A DNA stretch of 41,777 bases. It comes from Octopus bimaculoides. Its lineage: Eukaryota. The notes under the pieces are model-generated. The model saw nothing but the letters and a program-made list of their open reading frames with translations. It was not told where the DNA came from and searched no databases. This document shows, in pieces, positions 40,578 to 41,777 of the stretch; the first letter of the stretch is position 1, and each line of letters begins with the position of its first letter. Location: positions 21,382,040 to 21,423,816 of the forward strand of contig NC_068995.1 of the NCBI RefSeq assembly GCF_001194135.2, given 5' to 3'. Position numbers and translations under genes: made by a program.

Positions 40578-41777
40578 GGGATGTTTAACATGTGAGAACG
40601 ATATATCACTGCTCCGAAATTTATCCAAAAACATCGGAAATAAAGACATCGCATGGAGCCAAAAATAGCTGACAAAGGGTTGGACTATACCCGAGTAAGT
40701 AATACTCATTGAAATTTATTTCTATTTTTCCAAATATAATGATGTATTTTAACTTGATACCTCCACTACCCGCACAGCGATCGTAAACACACGTGTTTAA
40801 TCAAAATCAGACCATCTCCGATCCGAAACACCATGTACAAAAAAAATTACAAACAGATTCAATAACACGGGTATTATTTCACCCAAGAATAACAACCGAG
40901 AAGTGCGTACTGTAAGCTTGTTACGCAAAAAGTACGAAGATCTGAACGTACAAAACAATCTGACAACAGAAATGAACGAACCGGTACCCTACGAAAACGA
41001 TGACCGTCAAAATAAAGGGCCGGACGTTGTTCCTCATGTCCCGCAAACAAAACCAAAACAGCATAAATGGACACGTGAGGAATACATTTCGACCCTACAC
41101 GCTTATTTCACAGCAGTGCTCTACCCAAAAAACGAAAACGCAACAACACAGATATAAAATATGGAAGAAAAATAATGTAAATAAAGACCTAGATAAAACA
41201 ATGAACCCTAACAAATTAGCTAACATAAGAAGATATATTCTAAAAGCAAAAAGGATGTCAGAAATAGAAATAGAACAATTGAAAGGAAAAATACATCACG
41301 AAAATCTAGATAGTAGTCACACAGCAATGACAAATAATAATATAAACACTGAGATAGCAAAACACGAGGATAAACATAACATTTCCATTAAAAACGAAGT
41401 AAACAAAAAAACAACAAACCCAGACCGAAGAGATGTATAATAGTGTACAAAAAGCACCAATCCAGAACACAACAGACAAACATATGAATGAAAAGGAAGG
41501 TAAAACAAATCTAAAGCCTGGGAATAACGAAGGGAAACCTAATAATTACGATACTATGAAAATGAGAATAACCAAAGAACTGAAAACCACAGATCTTAGA
41601 ATGGACCACAGATCGTATCTCCCAAAAATCAGAATAGACAATAAAACAACATCAATAATAAATAGCATAAACCTGGCCGTCACGGAACTAACAACCACAG
41701 AAACAACAGGCAATATCAATGAGCTAAATGACATAATATATGCGGCAGCCACTGCAGCCACAGAAGAAGGAGGATAC
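40578..41777 (+). mobile_element. Second R4/Dong-clade element: putative 5' leader and N-terminal ORF region, continuing past the window end
   Basis: KWTREEYISTLHAYFTA..YKIWKKNN..NPNKLANIRRYILKAKRMSEIEIEQLK, followed by KTTDLRMDHRSYLPKI..INELNDIIYAAATAA. This is homologous to, but divergent from, the N-terminus of the first element. Frameshift near 41155. The exact 5' boundary is inferred. Confidence 0.75.

Noticed and set aside
40578-40700. Possible HDV-like ribozyme at the 5' end of Dong2 (gatgttt/aaacatc followed by GG, and gctcc/ggagc pairings)
   Set aside because: P3/L3 and P4 could not be formed by hand. A descriptor search would be needed.

Overview
AT-rich, microsatellite-dense metazoan DNA with nine N-gaps totalling about 3.2 kb. 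Most gaps are flanked on at least one side by (TA)n, (TG)n or poly-T runs, as expected for a short-read scaffold. The SINE families resemble octopus (cephalopod) repeats as I recall them; this is an inference, not a database result. No intact, recognisable host gene is present, and most ORF-track entries are microsatellite or gap read-through. Supported content: (1) a decayed, 5'-truncated Penelope-like element (RT thumb plus GIY-YIG, minus strand, about 1985-3098) with a fossil hammerhead ribozyme, enclosed by ~330-bp inverted arms; (2) at least 11 copies of two tRNA-derived SINE families; (3) a non-LTR cluster at 35.1-41.8 kb, made of a minus-strand L1/Tx1-clade fragment joined head-to-head to an R4/Dong-clade element, then a (CAA)n(TAA)n tract, then a second, divergent R4/Dong element running off the window end; (4) local duplications and minisatellite expansions; (5) a few low-confidence candidate exons. 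I found no evidence for a novel multi-gene system. The most interesting items are the retroelement architectures.
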